From: an uncultured Candidatus Saccharibacteria bacterium
Lineage (GTDB): Bacteria; Patescibacteriota; Minisyncoccia; Phycocordibacterales; G965230995
Reading direction: 5' to 3'
Assembly: GCA_965230995.1 (NCBI GenBank)
Contig: OZ246398.1
Location: 73,868-137,867 of the forward strand
Length of the DNA: 64,000 bases
Below, piece after piece: positions 18,807 through 27,814 of this stretch. Position 1 is the first letter of the stretch, and each line of letters begins with the position of its first letter. Position numbers and translations under genes: made by a program. The notes beneath the pieces are model-generated. The model was given only the letters and a program-made list of their open reading frames with translations. It did no database searches and was not told the origin of the DNA.

Positions 18807-19016
18807 ATGAAAACAAACAAGTCATTCACGAAGCGACTCAAAGTCACCAAAAATGGCAAGATCCTAGGCCGAAAACCAGGAAGAAGCCATTACAACGCGA
18901 AAGAAAGTCGCCGAAAGACACAGCTCGGCAAGAAAGGCCTTGTTGAAATAACCCTTGCAAGTAACAAGGTTATATCAAGATTCCTACCGGGAAAATATAT
19001 TGCAAAGAAAAAATAA
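18807..19016 (+). CDS. rpmI: 50S ribosomal protein L35
   Basis: 69 aa basic protein, KRLKVTKNGKIL..RSHYNAKESRRK pattern, infC-rpmI-rplT order. Confidence 0.8.
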   Translation: MKTNKSFTKRLKVTKNGKILGRKPGRSHYNAKESRRKTQLGKKGLVEITLASNKVISRFLPGKYIAKKK

Positions 19017-19025
19017 TACAAATTT

Positions 19026-19373
19026 ATGACACGAGTAAAAGGAGGGGTTAATGCCCTAAAAACAAGACGAAATATCCTAAAGCAGACAAAAGGATACCGA
19101 TTCGGAAGATCAACAAAAGAAGCAGATGCATACCAAGCAATAGTTCACGCTGGGGTCTATTCTTTTGCTCACCGAAGAGACAAAAAGGGAGACTTTAGAA
19201 AGCTTTGGACAGTTCGAATCAATTCTTCATTGGATGATATGGGTTATTCATACAGCAAATTCATTGGAGCTCTAAAAAAGAAAAACATCGAATTAGACCG
19301 AAAAGTACTATCTCAAATAGCGCAAGAAAACTCTGAAGTTTTCAAAAAGATCGCAGAAAAAGCAATGAATTAA
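19026..19373 (+). CDS. rplT: 50S ribosomal protein L20
   Basis: MTRVKGGVNALKTRRNILKQTKGYRFGRS...YSYSKFIGALKK matches L20. Confidence 0.9.
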   Translation: MTRVKGGVNALKTRRNILKQTKGYRFGRSTKEADAYQAIVHAGVYSFAHRRDKKGDFRKLWTVRINSSLDDMGYSYSKFIGALKKKNIELDRKVLSQIAQENSEVFKKIAEKAMN

Positions 19374-19383
19374 TTAAATAAAA

Positions 19384-19409
19384 GCCCCGCGCGAAGCGCG
19401 GGGCTTTTA
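19384..19409. terminator. bidirectional terminator after rplT
   Basis: AAAAGCCCCGCGCGAAGCGCGGGGCUUUU. Confidence 0.75.
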
Positions 19410-19411
19410 TT

Positions 19412-19714
19412 TTATTTAATACTCTCTCTCACTTTTTTGAATTCCTCTATTACTTCCCCCACTGCTCTCTTTGCTGTTTTGTCGAAATCAGGATAGATTT
19501 CTTTTATTTCAGAAAAAACTTTTTCGCCTTCTGTTTCAAACCTACTTTCTAAATCTGATAACATTTTGCTATCAATGTGATTTTTTAGGATATCAAAAAT
19601 TCTGTTATGGATAGCATTCCACACATAGCCAATTACTTCTTTTTGTTCATCTTGTGATAGTCCTGATAAGCCAATATAGGAGACAAGAAAGTCATCCAGA
19701 TTATTTGCGGTCAT
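19412..19714 (-). CDS. hypothetical small protein (start moved to MTANNLDD)
   Basis: ORF track 19412..19738. An upstream 49-aa ORF (19701..19850, minus strand, MEQKIEQLKK...) ends with its stop overlapping this start (ATGACCGCAAATAA), suggesting coupling. Confidence 0.3.
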   Translation of the reverse strand: MTANNLDDFLVSYIGLSGLSQDEQKEVIGYVWNAIHNRIFDILKNHIDSKMLSDLESRFETEGEKVFSEIKEIYPDFDKTAKRAVGEVIEEFKKVRESIK

Positions 19715-19867
19715 ATTCTTTTTCTGCAATATAAGCATTGAGAATTTCGTTTGAAAGCGCCGAGACTAGAGGAGTGTTTGCTTCTTGGTTTTCTACACCA
19801 AGTTCAGCAAATGGAGAGGCTTTTTTTAGTTGTTCAATTTTTTGTTCCATAATGTAATTATTATACT

Positions 19868-21247
19868 CTAAAGCTCAATGTCGTACATCTTGCCTTTTTC
19901 TGGATATAATGCGCTGATGTCGTATTCGTCAACAATTCTCTGTGCCAGATACAAAGAGGACTTTGGTTCACCCATAGCAACAAAAACTTTTTCTAAACTA
20001 TCTACTCCGGTACCAACAAAACCAAGCAAACCATCAGAATCTTTGTGTGACGAATATCCAAGCACACTCACAATCTCACTTTTTACTTTTACGTAATCTT
20101 CTTCGATTTTAATTTTCTTTAGTCCTTCAATTAACTGCCTCCCAACTGTGCCAACCGCCTGATAACCTACCAATATTAGAGTATTTTGTGGATCAGGTAG
20201 GTATTTTTTCTCGTGAGATTGGATCCTACCACCAGCCGACATTCCAGAACCTGCAATAATAATCTTTGCTCCTGGGATGCTATGTATAGCAGAAGAATCA
20301 ATAACGTCTTTGACTAGTTTTAGTTTTGGAAAATCAAATATATCATCACCACTTTTTATTTCTTGTTTTACAAGATTGTTAAATTGTTCTTTGTATCTGC
20401 CATAAACACCTGTGACCTTTATTGCAAGCGGAGAATCCAAAAATACAGGCACAGAAGGGATTTTATGATCTTCGACCATATTGTTTATCTCGTACAAAAT
20501 TACTTGAGTCCTTTCGAGAGAAAATGCAGGAATGAGCACCGTTCCGCCGCGTGCCAAAGTTTTCTTTATGGTCTCTTGCAATTTTCTATCTCTCTCGTCT
20601 TTTGAATCGTGATTTCTATCTCCATAGACACTCTCCATCACCAAATATTTAACTCCTTCTCCAATTGATTCTGTATCAGACAAAAGCGGTGACGGTGAAT
20701 TACCGAGATCTCCTGTAAACATAATTTTTCTGTCTTTGTTTCCGAGAGAAAATTCTACCATTACAGATCCGAGAATGTGTCCAGAATTTTTGAAAAAAAC
20801 ATTTAATTCATCAACTTTAAAATCCTTGTGATATTCTGCTTCTTTCCAAAGCGACATTGTTTTGGTCACTGCTTCTTTTTCATACAGTGGCAAGGTGCCA
20901 TATTTTTCATAGTTATATGACATTATCTTCAGCGCATCTTCAAACATAAGCCCGGCTATTTCTTTTGTTGCCGGAGTAGAATATATGTCTCCATTAAATC
21001 CCATTTCAACCAATCTAGGAATACGACCAATATGATCCATATGTGCGTGAGTCACGAAAAGTGCCGATACTTCACTTGGGTTATATTGGAAAGGTTCGTA
21101 ATTGCTTTTCTCTCCTTCGCGCCCTTCTTGGCAAAGACCACAATCAACAAGATATTTTTTACCTTGTGGTGTTGTGAGCATAAAATTAGCTCCAGTTACA
21201 CTGCCCACACCACCAAAACATGAGAGTTTTAATTTTTTTGTATCCAT
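19868..21247 (-). CDS. metallo-beta-lactamase / beta-CASP ribonuclease (RNase J-like)
   Basis: 459 aa; HAHMDHIGRIP (HxHxDH), beta-CASP order; shorter than canonical RNase J (lacks C-terminal domain). Confidence 0.55.
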   Translation of the reverse strand: MDTKKLKLSCFGGVGSVTGANFMLTTPQGKKYLVDCGLCQEGREGEKSNYEPFQYNPSEVSALFVTHAHMDHIGRIPRLVEMGFNGDIYSTPATKEIAGLMFEDALKIMSYNYEKYGTLPLYEKEAVTKTMSLWKEAEYHKDFKVDELNVFFKNSGHILGSVMVEFSLGNKDRKIMFTGDLGNSPSPLLSDTESIGEGVKYLVMESVYGDRNHDSKDERDRKLQETIKKTLARGGTVLIPAFSLERTQVILYEINNMVEDHKIPSVPVFLDSPLAIKVTGVYGRYKEQFNNLVKQEIKSGDDIFDFPKLKLVKDVIDSSAIHSIPGAKIIIAGSGMSAGGRIQSHEKKYLPDPQNTLILVGYQAVGTVGRQLIEGLKKIKIEEDYVKVKSEIVSVLGYSSHKDSDGLLGFVGTGVDSLEKVFVAMGEPKSSLYLAQRIVDEYDISALYPEKGKMYDIEL

Positions 21248-21248
21248 T

Positions 21249-21641
21249 TTATATTTTTTCTTTTTTAATTGAAATTAAAAACACAGCAAAAAATCCAACG
21301 ATGCCGCCGACTATATCCATTAGAATATCAGAGACTGTATCAGGCACATACCATTTTGTATAAGGGACGATATCAAAAACATATTCGAACACTTCCCAGC
21401 CAAGACCCACTAAAAGTGATGCTCCGATAGTATAAAAAAGTATTTCTTTAATAGAAAATTTTGTTTTATCAAACAGAAAAAGATAACCTCCAAGGGCAAT
21501 AAATAATCCCCCTAGAAAATGCATAACAATATCAGTCCAAAGAAATCTCCAATACAAAAAATAAGTCAGAGAAATATTATGAAGTATTGCAATTAAGGCA
21601 ATTAAAAAGAACAGTCCGACAATATATTTTCCTCTGGTCAT
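21249..21641 (-). CDS. small polytopic membrane protein, VanZ-like
   Basis: 130 aa, 4 TM; LLVGLGWEVFEYVFD...SDILMDIVGGIVGF resembles the VanZ family signature. Confidence 0.4.
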   Translation of the reverse strand: MTRGKYIVGLFFLIALIAILHNISLTYFLYWRFLWTDIVMHFLGGLFIALGGYLFLFDKTKFSIKEILFYTIGASLLVGLGWEVFEYVFDIVPYTKWYVPDTVSDILMDIVGGIVGFFAVFLISIKKEKI

Positions 21642-21954
21642 ACATATATTCTACCTTTTTTCTTCCAAACAAAAAACCCTTCGCAAGCGATGGGTTTTTT
21701 GTAGGGTGTCTGGTAATATTGCCCTAGATAAAATTCTAGGTGGGTGCCCTCAGCAGTCATTTCTCTGAAGAAATTAATCCTCATCGATACAAATGCAATT
21801 TGAGCTCCCTTACAATATGTTAACTAGATAATATTCCAGCTCACCCTTCTCTATTATACACCTAAATTTTTGATAGCAAAACTTTTTGCAAATTCAAAAC
21901 AAATTCCGTGGCAAGTAAAGATATATTATTATAAAAAATCCTGTACTATTTATA

Positions 21955-22252
21955 GCGGAGACTCGGTAGGGTCACTTAACTTAGTGGGAAGCAAAGGGTT
22001 ACTGACTTCTCGAGCCGAGCGAGCAACAGTCAAAACTCTTCGCCCACGGAGATAGATTTCTCTGTCTTGGGGGCTTGAGAGGCACTCATTGCGGAGGGTT
22101 TGTTCTATCTCCATCGCCGTCCTTTTTGCTTTATGGGGTAGGAACGCGTGCACAGGGATTCGCACTTGGTTTTCGCTTTTGTCCACAACACCAAGCATCC
22201 CGAACACGCCGACATGGGGAGGCTTACGCGAGTCTCCCCTGTCTTTATATAT
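21955..22252. ncRNA. candidate structured non-coding RNA of unknown class (not RNase P, not tmRNA)
   Basis: ~300-nt non-coding stretch, locally GC-rich relative to flanks, closed by a perfect 9-bp terminal helix (GGAGACUCG 21958.. / CGAGUCUCC ..22250), bracketed by hairpin terminators at 21667-21700 and 22256-22280. Strand undetermined. Confidence 0.3.
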
Positions 22253-22285
22253 ACAAAAACAGGCTTTGGGCCTGTTTCTGAAATT

Positions 22286-22891
22286 TTATTCAAGTATTCC
22301 GTCTAGGTTCACATCGTAGAGAATTTCTTCTTGCACCAATCTGTAATTTACAATTTCCCCTTCTTTAAACCAGAGATTTATTTCACCTTTTGCTTCGTCC
22401 ACTGTACCCGATGCATGAATTAGATTTCTTATTGCTCTACCAGATGTGTCGGCCATTAAATATGAATCAAGAACAAAGTCACCTCTGATAGTACCAACAT
22501 CAGATGATCTTGGTTCTGTACCTCCAGTTATTTTTCTTACTACTTCGACACTGTGCACACCCTGCCAAACCATAGCAATGACAGGCCCACTTGTAAGATA
22601 TTTTTTAAGGACTTCAACGACATTTTTTCCAACTGCAATTGGGTCATTTGATGGCGGTGTTTGTCCTTTCTTTTTGTAGCTTTCTATAGATTTTTCACCG
22701 ACTTTTCTCATCCATTCTGGATCAAGGAGATAATGCTTTTCGATCAAATCCGCTGTGGGCACAATCATTTTCATTGCAACCAGCTTTAGTCCAGCTCTTT
22801 CGTATCTTTTTATTATTTCTCCTACTAGAGTCCTTTGTATTGCATCTGGTTTAATAACGACTAAGGTTCTCTCGTTCTTTAAATTATCCAT
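22286..22891 (-). CDS. ndk: nucleoside diphosphate kinase with ~35-aa internal insertion
   Basis: ERTLVVIKPDAIQRTLVGEIIKRYE...GPVIAMVWQG...GTIRGDF..NLIHASG; insertion DPEWMRKVGEKSIESYKKKGQTPPSND. Confidence 0.85.
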   Translation of the reverse strand: MDNLKNERTLVVIKPDAIQRTLVGEIIKRYERAGLKLVAMKMIVPTADLIEKHYLLDPEWMRKVGEKSIESYKKKGQTPPSNDPIAVGKNVVEVLKKYLTSGPVIAMVWQGVHSVEVVRKITGGTEPRSSDVGTIRGDFVLDSYLMADTSGRAIRNLIHASGTVDEAKGEINLWFKEGEIVNYRLVQEEILYDVNLDGILE

Positions 22892-22953
22892 AGTAAAAAT
22901 ATTAAATTATGCCTAAAATTATGCCCGAAATAGTAAACCAACGCAATAGGACA

Positions 22954-25719
22954 CTATAGATTCTTTGTTGCCTTGTATTTTGCCATTATGGCTTCGTCGA
23001 CTTCTTTTCTGTCTTTACCATATTTTAGACCAGATAATTCTTTGAGAGGTTCGACTTTCTCTTTGTTGCCCTGTTCTGGAGGTAAAATACCTATACTAAA
23101 AGGTTTGATTGGCGTCCCATCCGACAACATTTTTATATAGGCATTTCTATTTTCAATATTCATAAGTTCCCTTGCAGTAAATACAGGTGTAAATTGTTTT
23201 TCAAGGAATTCGGCGTCTTCGGAGCCGACTCTAAAGGCGACCATCGAACCCACGTTACCAAAAACAGAATCACTAATCTTTTCATCAAGCTGTGCGATAA
23301 ATTGATGAGCAATATTTAGAGAAAGTTTATATTTTCTGGCTTCTGACAAAATTGTTGAGATAGAATCCGTGGTAATGTTCTGGAACTCGTCTATATATAG
23401 ATAGAACGGTGGCAAATCCTGACCAAAGGAATCAACACGAGAAAGTGCCGCCATAAGTATTTTACCTACAATAATGAGACCAAGAAGGTTTGCATTTATA
23501 TCACCCAGTCTTCCCTTTGAAAGGTTAACCAAAAGTATTTTCTTTTGATCCATTATTTCACGGAAATTAAAAGATGATTTTTCTTGAGCTACTATCGGAC
23601 GCATAATATCGTTCGAGAGAAAGACGTCGAATTTGCTCGTAATGTATGGCACGATGTTTTTGATATCAGCCTCACCACCAGCTTTGTCTGCGATGTCTCG
23701 CCAGTATCCAACAATTACTGGATTTTTACATCTAGAAAGTTTTAATTCTCTAAAGCCTTTGTCAGCAAGAACCCTCGAAACATCGAGTAGAGTGTTTCCA
23801 GTTTCTGGATCTTCCATCACAAGCATCACTGCATTTCTAAAATACTGTTCGAACATAGGACCACCCGCAACTTTCATATCAAACAATTTGTTGAATATAG
23901 AAAGCATTTCGTTTACCACGAAAGTTTTTTGTTCTGGAAATCTTCTGTCGTATTCAAGCATATTGAGAGAAATCGGTCTCTCAACATTACTTGGATCAAA
24001 ATAGATGACGTCTTCGTATCTTTCTTCTGGTATGGTTGCCAAAATGTCTTGGATATCCGAGCCGTGTGGATCAATCATACAAACTCCCTCTCCGTTTTTG
24101 ATATCCTGAACAACCAAATTTTTGAGGAAGGTTGATTTTCCAGTACCTGTCTGACCGATTGTGTATATGTGTCTCAATCGATCCTCTTTGGACATATATA
24201 TTGGGGTCTCAGAGCTTGAATGTCTGTTTACACCAAGCAAAATTCCCTCTTTAGTGAGCCCTGCTGGAGCCGGAGCCGTAACTAATCTATTGAATTTAAG
24301 ATTACTTGCTGTTTCTATTGCTTTTGTCTGGAAGTGCATTATTGTTGCAACCTCGGAAAGAGAAAGCGGAATATTTTGTGAAGAATTAAAAGTTCGGAAA
24401 GTAAAATTTCTAAGCATATCTGTGAGCGACCCTCGTTTTAATTCCTTCCATACAAAACTGTTGCCTTTTGTGTTTTCAAATTGATTAAAGGCAGATTCGA
24501 TGTCACCCAAAATATCTCTTGCATCTTTTTCTTCTTCTGCTGATACTACAATTCTGATATTTGTTTGAACGATCGGACTACTGATTTTCTTTTTTATTTC
24601 GTCTATAACAGTCTGATCGATTGGATCTTTTTTTTCATCTTCACCTTCTTTTTTCTTTATTGTTTTAAAAATATCTTTGGCTGTTTTGAAAAGCTCCCCT
24701 CCAATAGAATCTGGGATATCTATTGATTCGGACACGTCTTTCCCTTTCATAATTTGCTCGAGGGCATAAGAATATTTTTTTATATAATTATCACCAACTG
24801 GTTTAAAGACAAACTGTATAGATGCTCCCTCGCCTTCTTTTTTCATTTTTGAAAAAGAATTGAGTATTGCGTTTATTGGGTCATGATCAAACAAGTCATA
24901 TGTCTTTATTGGATATATTGGATTTCCACCTGATGTAGCGCAAGCTCCAACGGTGTGACCGTCTTCATTGAAAATATTATAATCGTCTCTTTTTGGTATG
25001 AGCCTTGCTGATGGATATACAGATAGAATATGTTTTTCAAATAATTCTTGTCTTGAATCTGGCATTGCAACAAAAAAAGAATATTCTTCGCCGACATTTG
25101 GCATTGCGAGCTCCATTGTAAAATATTCTAGATTTGGTTCTTTTCCTGTTTGTTGTGAGATAGACATCAAACCTGAAAATAATTGCTCCATCGAAGAAAT
25201 TAATTCTTTGAGTGGTTTTTTATCTTCGTTTTTTTGTTCGGGCAATTGTATTTCAAACAAAGTCATTTTTAATGCTTTCGTGGTCGTATCTTTCGGACTA
25301 AGCCTTGTTTCGTATCCACCTTTTACGAGAGCAACCAACATTCTATGAAAATCGTCCTCGATATGGGGATTTTTCATCTTTGAGATAACAGAAAGAGCAT
25401 TATATACACCTCTTGTTTTTACAAGTGCCATCAATTCGGAAAGTTTTGTATCGTGTTCTTCTGGAGAAATCTTCAAAACAAAACCGGATATTTCGACTTC
25501 AGTCATCTGAGATTTTGGAGCAAGAACATCGTGTGGAAGTTTTTTTCTGTGTAAATCTATTTCGGCTTTGACTAATTTTTCTGTGTCGGGAACCATACCA
25601 GCGTTTTCTGCTGTCTTTTCATGTTCGGCTACTCGTTTCCTGAGATATTCAAGTTCCTCGTAAGGAGTACTAAATTTTTTTTGTTCTTTAAAGAGATCCA
25701 TCGTCCTATTATATACCAT
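22954..25719 (-). CDS. large P-loop ATPase, VirB4/TrbE/CagE-like (type IV secretion or conjugation family, DUF87-type)
   Basis: 921 aa, no TM; Walker A IGQTGTGKST at mid-protein, Walker B LYIDEFQN, C-terminal ATPase domain. Family assignment from motif spacing only. Confidence 0.4.
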   Translation of the reverse strand: MVYNRTMDLFKEQKKFSTPYEELEYLRKRVAEHEKTAENAGMVPDTEKLVKAEIDLHRKKLPHDVLAPKSQMTEVEISGFVLKISPEEHDTKLSELMALVKTRGVYNALSVISKMKNPHIEDDFHRMLVALVKGGYETRLSPKDTTTKALKMTLFEIQLPEQKNEDKKPLKELISSMEQLFSGLMSISQQTGKEPNLEYFTMELAMPNVGEEYSFFVAMPDSRQELFEKHILSVYPSARLIPKRDDYNIFNEDGHTVGACATSGGNPIYPIKTYDLFDHDPINAILNSFSKMKKEGEGASIQFVFKPVGDNYIKKYSYALEQIMKGKDVSESIDIPDSIGGELFKTAKDIFKTIKKKEGEDEKKDPIDQTVIDEIKKKISSPIVQTNIRIVVSAEEEKDARDILGDIESAFNQFENTKGNSFVWKELKRGSLTDMLRNFTFRTFNSSQNIPLSLSEVATIMHFQTKAIETASNLKFNRLVTAPAPAGLTKEGILLGVNRHSSSETPIYMSKEDRLRHIYTIGQTGTGKSTFLKNLVVQDIKNGEGVCMIDPHGSDIQDILATIPEERYEDVIYFDPSNVERPISLNMLEYDRRFPEQKTFVVNEMLSIFNKLFDMKVAGGPMFEQYFRNAVMLVMEDPETGNTLLDVSRVLADKGFRELKLSRCKNPVIVGYWRDIADKAGGEADIKNIVPYITSKFDVFLSNDIMRPIVAQEKSSFNFREIMDQKKILLVNLSKGRLGDINANLLGLIIVGKILMAALSRVDSFGQDLPPFYLYIDEFQNITTDSISTILSEARKYKLSLNIAHQFIAQLDEKISDSVFGNVGSMVAFRVGSEDAEFLEKQFTPVFTARELMNIENRNAYIKMLSDGTPIKPFSIGILPPEQGNKEKVEPLKELSGLKYGKDRKEVDEAIMAKYKATKNL

Positions 25720-25755
25720 CTACAAAACGAAAAACATACACAGGTGTGTATGTTT

Positions 25756-26526
25756 TTATATCTTTGTTAAAACGATTGGTCCGTCTTTTGTGATCGCAAC
25801 AGTATGTTCGAAATGTGCACTTCTCTTGCCGTCTGCTGTTTTGTAAGTGTAGCCATCATCTGCCAAAATTATCTTTCCTTTTCCTTCGCAAAGCATAGGT
25901 TCTATTGCAATGACCATACCGACAGTTATTTTTTCTCCTGTTCCTTTTTTACCTTTGTTTGGAACATAAGGATCTTCGTGAACCTCGTAACCAACACCGT
26001 GACCCGATAGACCTTCGGCAACTGACAATCCTGCTTTCTTTGCAATATTTCCGATCTCGTAACCAATATCACCAATATTTCCACCAATTCTTATTGCCTT
26101 TATACCAGCTTCGAGAGATTCTCTGGTTGTTTCAACAAGCGAAACAGCCTTTGGGTCTCCACTACCTGTAATAACAGTTCTGGCAGAATCCAAAATAAAA
26201 TTTTTATGAGCAAGACCCATATCGAGACTGACAACGTCCCCATCTTTTATAATCTTTTCTTTTTCGTTGGATATGCCGTGTACGATTTCATCATTTACAG
26301 AAACACAAAGCGCTGAAGGATAAGGGCGATCTGCTCCGTGAGGAGTGTAACCCAAAAAGGCACTCGAATCGCCATAATCTTTTACCATTTTTTCCGCTTT
26401 GTCATTTAATTCTCTTGCAGTAACACCTGGCACAACCATTTTTTCAAGCTCATTTAAAATCAAGGCCAATCTCTTGCCCCCCTCTTTCATTATTTCAATT
26501 TCTTTTTCTGTTTTAAGCCTGATCAT
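25756..26526 (-). CDS. map: methionine aminopeptidase type I
   Basis: 256 aa; pita-bread fold motifs (DGDVVSLDMG, HGIG-like VHGIS, FEHTVAI). Confidence 0.9.
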   Translation of the reverse strand: MIRLKTEKEIEIMKEGGKRLALILNELEKMVVPGVTARELNDKAEKMVKDYGDSSAFLGYTPHGADRPYPSALCVSVNDEIVHGISNEKEKIIKDGDVVSLDMGLAHKNFILDSARTVITGSGDPKAVSLVETTRESLEAGIKAIRIGGNIGDIGYEIGNIAKKAGLSVAEGLSGHGVGYEVHEDPYVPNKGKKGTGEKITVGMVIAIEPMLCEGKGKIILADDGYTYKTADGKRSAHFEHTVAITKDGPIVLTKI

Positions 26527-27130
26527 TAAATAATTTTGCTTTTAATTCCGAAAAGACGCCTTCAATATCCTGATTACCATTTACTTCTATGAATCTAAAC
26601 TTATTCTTATTTCTAAAATAATCAATAGCTGGAATTACAAACTCTCTGTACCAATCCATTCTCTTTTCAACATCGCTTATGAATTGATCGTCTTTTCTGC
26701 CTTCGGTATGTGCCCGATGGAGTATTCTCCTCTTTGATTCTTCGATATCTGTGTTTATAAATACAAGTGCTGGTCTATCTATACCATAGAAATCAAAAGC
26801 TGATTCCATCAATTGCGCGTCCTCAACCCTCCTCGGAGAACCATCAATTATTATGTGCTCGTCTCCTTTTATGTTATTTACTAGATAATCAACCCAAAGC
26901 ATAACTTGAAGAAAGCTTGGCTGAAGACCACCTTTTTTGTTTATCTCTCTCGATAGGTCTGCACTAAAACCAGTTCCATCCTTCCACATAGAACGAAACA
27001 AATCTCCCATCACTAGATTAACAATCGCCGTATCAGGGTCTTGCTTTGCTAAATATTCCTTGAGCAATTTAACCTGGGTGCCCTTTCCGCATCCCGAAGG
27101 TCCAAGAAACATTAGCGCAAGTCTTTTCAT
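26513..27130 (-). CDS. adk: adenylate kinase-like NMP kinase (paralog 1, short LID, no zinc motif)
   Basis: P-loop GPSGCGKGTQ, NMP-binding GDLFRS, IIDGSPRR; position after secY as in spc operon. Confidence 0.7.
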   Translation of the reverse strand: MKRLALMFLGPSGCGKGTQVKLLKEYLAKQDPDTAIVNLVMGDLFRSMWKDGTGFSADLSREINKKGGLQPSFLQVMLWVDYLVNNIKGDEHIIIDGSPRRVEDAQLMESAFDFYGIDRPALVFINTDIEESKRRILHRAHTEGRKDDQFISDVEKRMDWYREFVIPAIDYFRNKNKFRFIEVNGNQDIEGVFSELKAKLFNDQA

Positions 27131-27727
27131 TTATATATTTATTTTGCTTATTATTTCCTTGTGCACGTCTTCAATTGGTTGCTGTCCATTTACTTCGATG
27201 AAATGATAGTCTGGATTATTTCTGTAAAAATTTACAGCGGGTAGAACCATCGTGTCATACCAATTGACTCTTTTCTTTATGGCTTCTTCGGTATCGTCTT
27301 CTCTTTTTCTTGCGAGTAGTCTTTTGTGTGATTCTTCTTTTGAAACATCAATTACAATAAAATATGGCTTTTCTCTTTTGTAGAATTTCATAGCGGAATC
27401 AAGAGATTGTGCCTCTACAAGAGTTCTTGGTGAACCATCAATAAAAATATGCTCGTCACCTTTTATATTTTTCACGAAAGCTCCTGCCCAAAGCCAAACA
27501 GCGAGAAAATTAGGCTGAAGTTCGCCTCTTTTCATTATTTCATCTGATATGGTGCTTGAATAGTTGTCTTTTTTGTCTATAAATTCTCTAAATCCGTCAC
27601 CAGAATAGTAATTAAAAATATTTTCATTAGGAAATTTTTTAACGATATATTCATTTAATAATTTCCTTTGGGTGCCCTTTCCGCATCCCGATCTTCCTGC
27701 AAATATGAATGTGTGTTTTTTATCCAT
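27131..27727 (-). CDS. adk: adenylate kinase-like NMP kinase (paralog 2)
   Basis: GRSGCGKGTQ, GDGFRE, IDGSPRT; directly abuts paralog 1 (27130/27131). Confidence 0.7.
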   Translation of the reverse strand: MDKKHTFIFAGRSGCGKGTQRKLLNEYIVKKFPNENIFNYYSGDGFREFIDKKDNYSSTISDEIMKRGELQPNFLAVWLWAGAFVKNIKGDEHIFIDGSPRTLVEAQSLDSAMKFYKREKPYFIVIDVSKEESHKRLLARKREDDTEEAIKKRVNWYDTMVLPAVNFYRNNPDYHFIEVNGQQPIEDVHKEIISKINI

Positions 27728-27786
27728 TACCTCTTATATAACCTGTTAATAATCCATTGTAACCGATTTTGGGAGCTTTTCAAAGC

Positions 27787-27808
27787 AAAAAACGCCCGAA
27801 GGCGTTTT
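27787..27808 (-). terminator. terminator after secY
   Basis: AAAAAACGCC-CGAA-GGCGUUUUUU. Confidence 0.7.
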
Positions 27809-27814
27809 TTGCTT

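Noticed and set aside
21955-22252. Possibility that this structured region is RNase P RNA
   Set aside because: No GGAAAGUCC / ACAGAA-CCGGCUUA P4 motifs on either strand; a bona fide rnpB with these motifs is present at 60528-60838.
21950-22319. ORFs 21950..22207(-), 22075..22281(+), 22089..22319(+), 22105..22293(-), 21870..22055(+)
   Set aside because: Mutually overlapping ORFs in a GC-rich structured non-coding segment with a terminal helix and terminators; treated as an ncRNA candidate instead.
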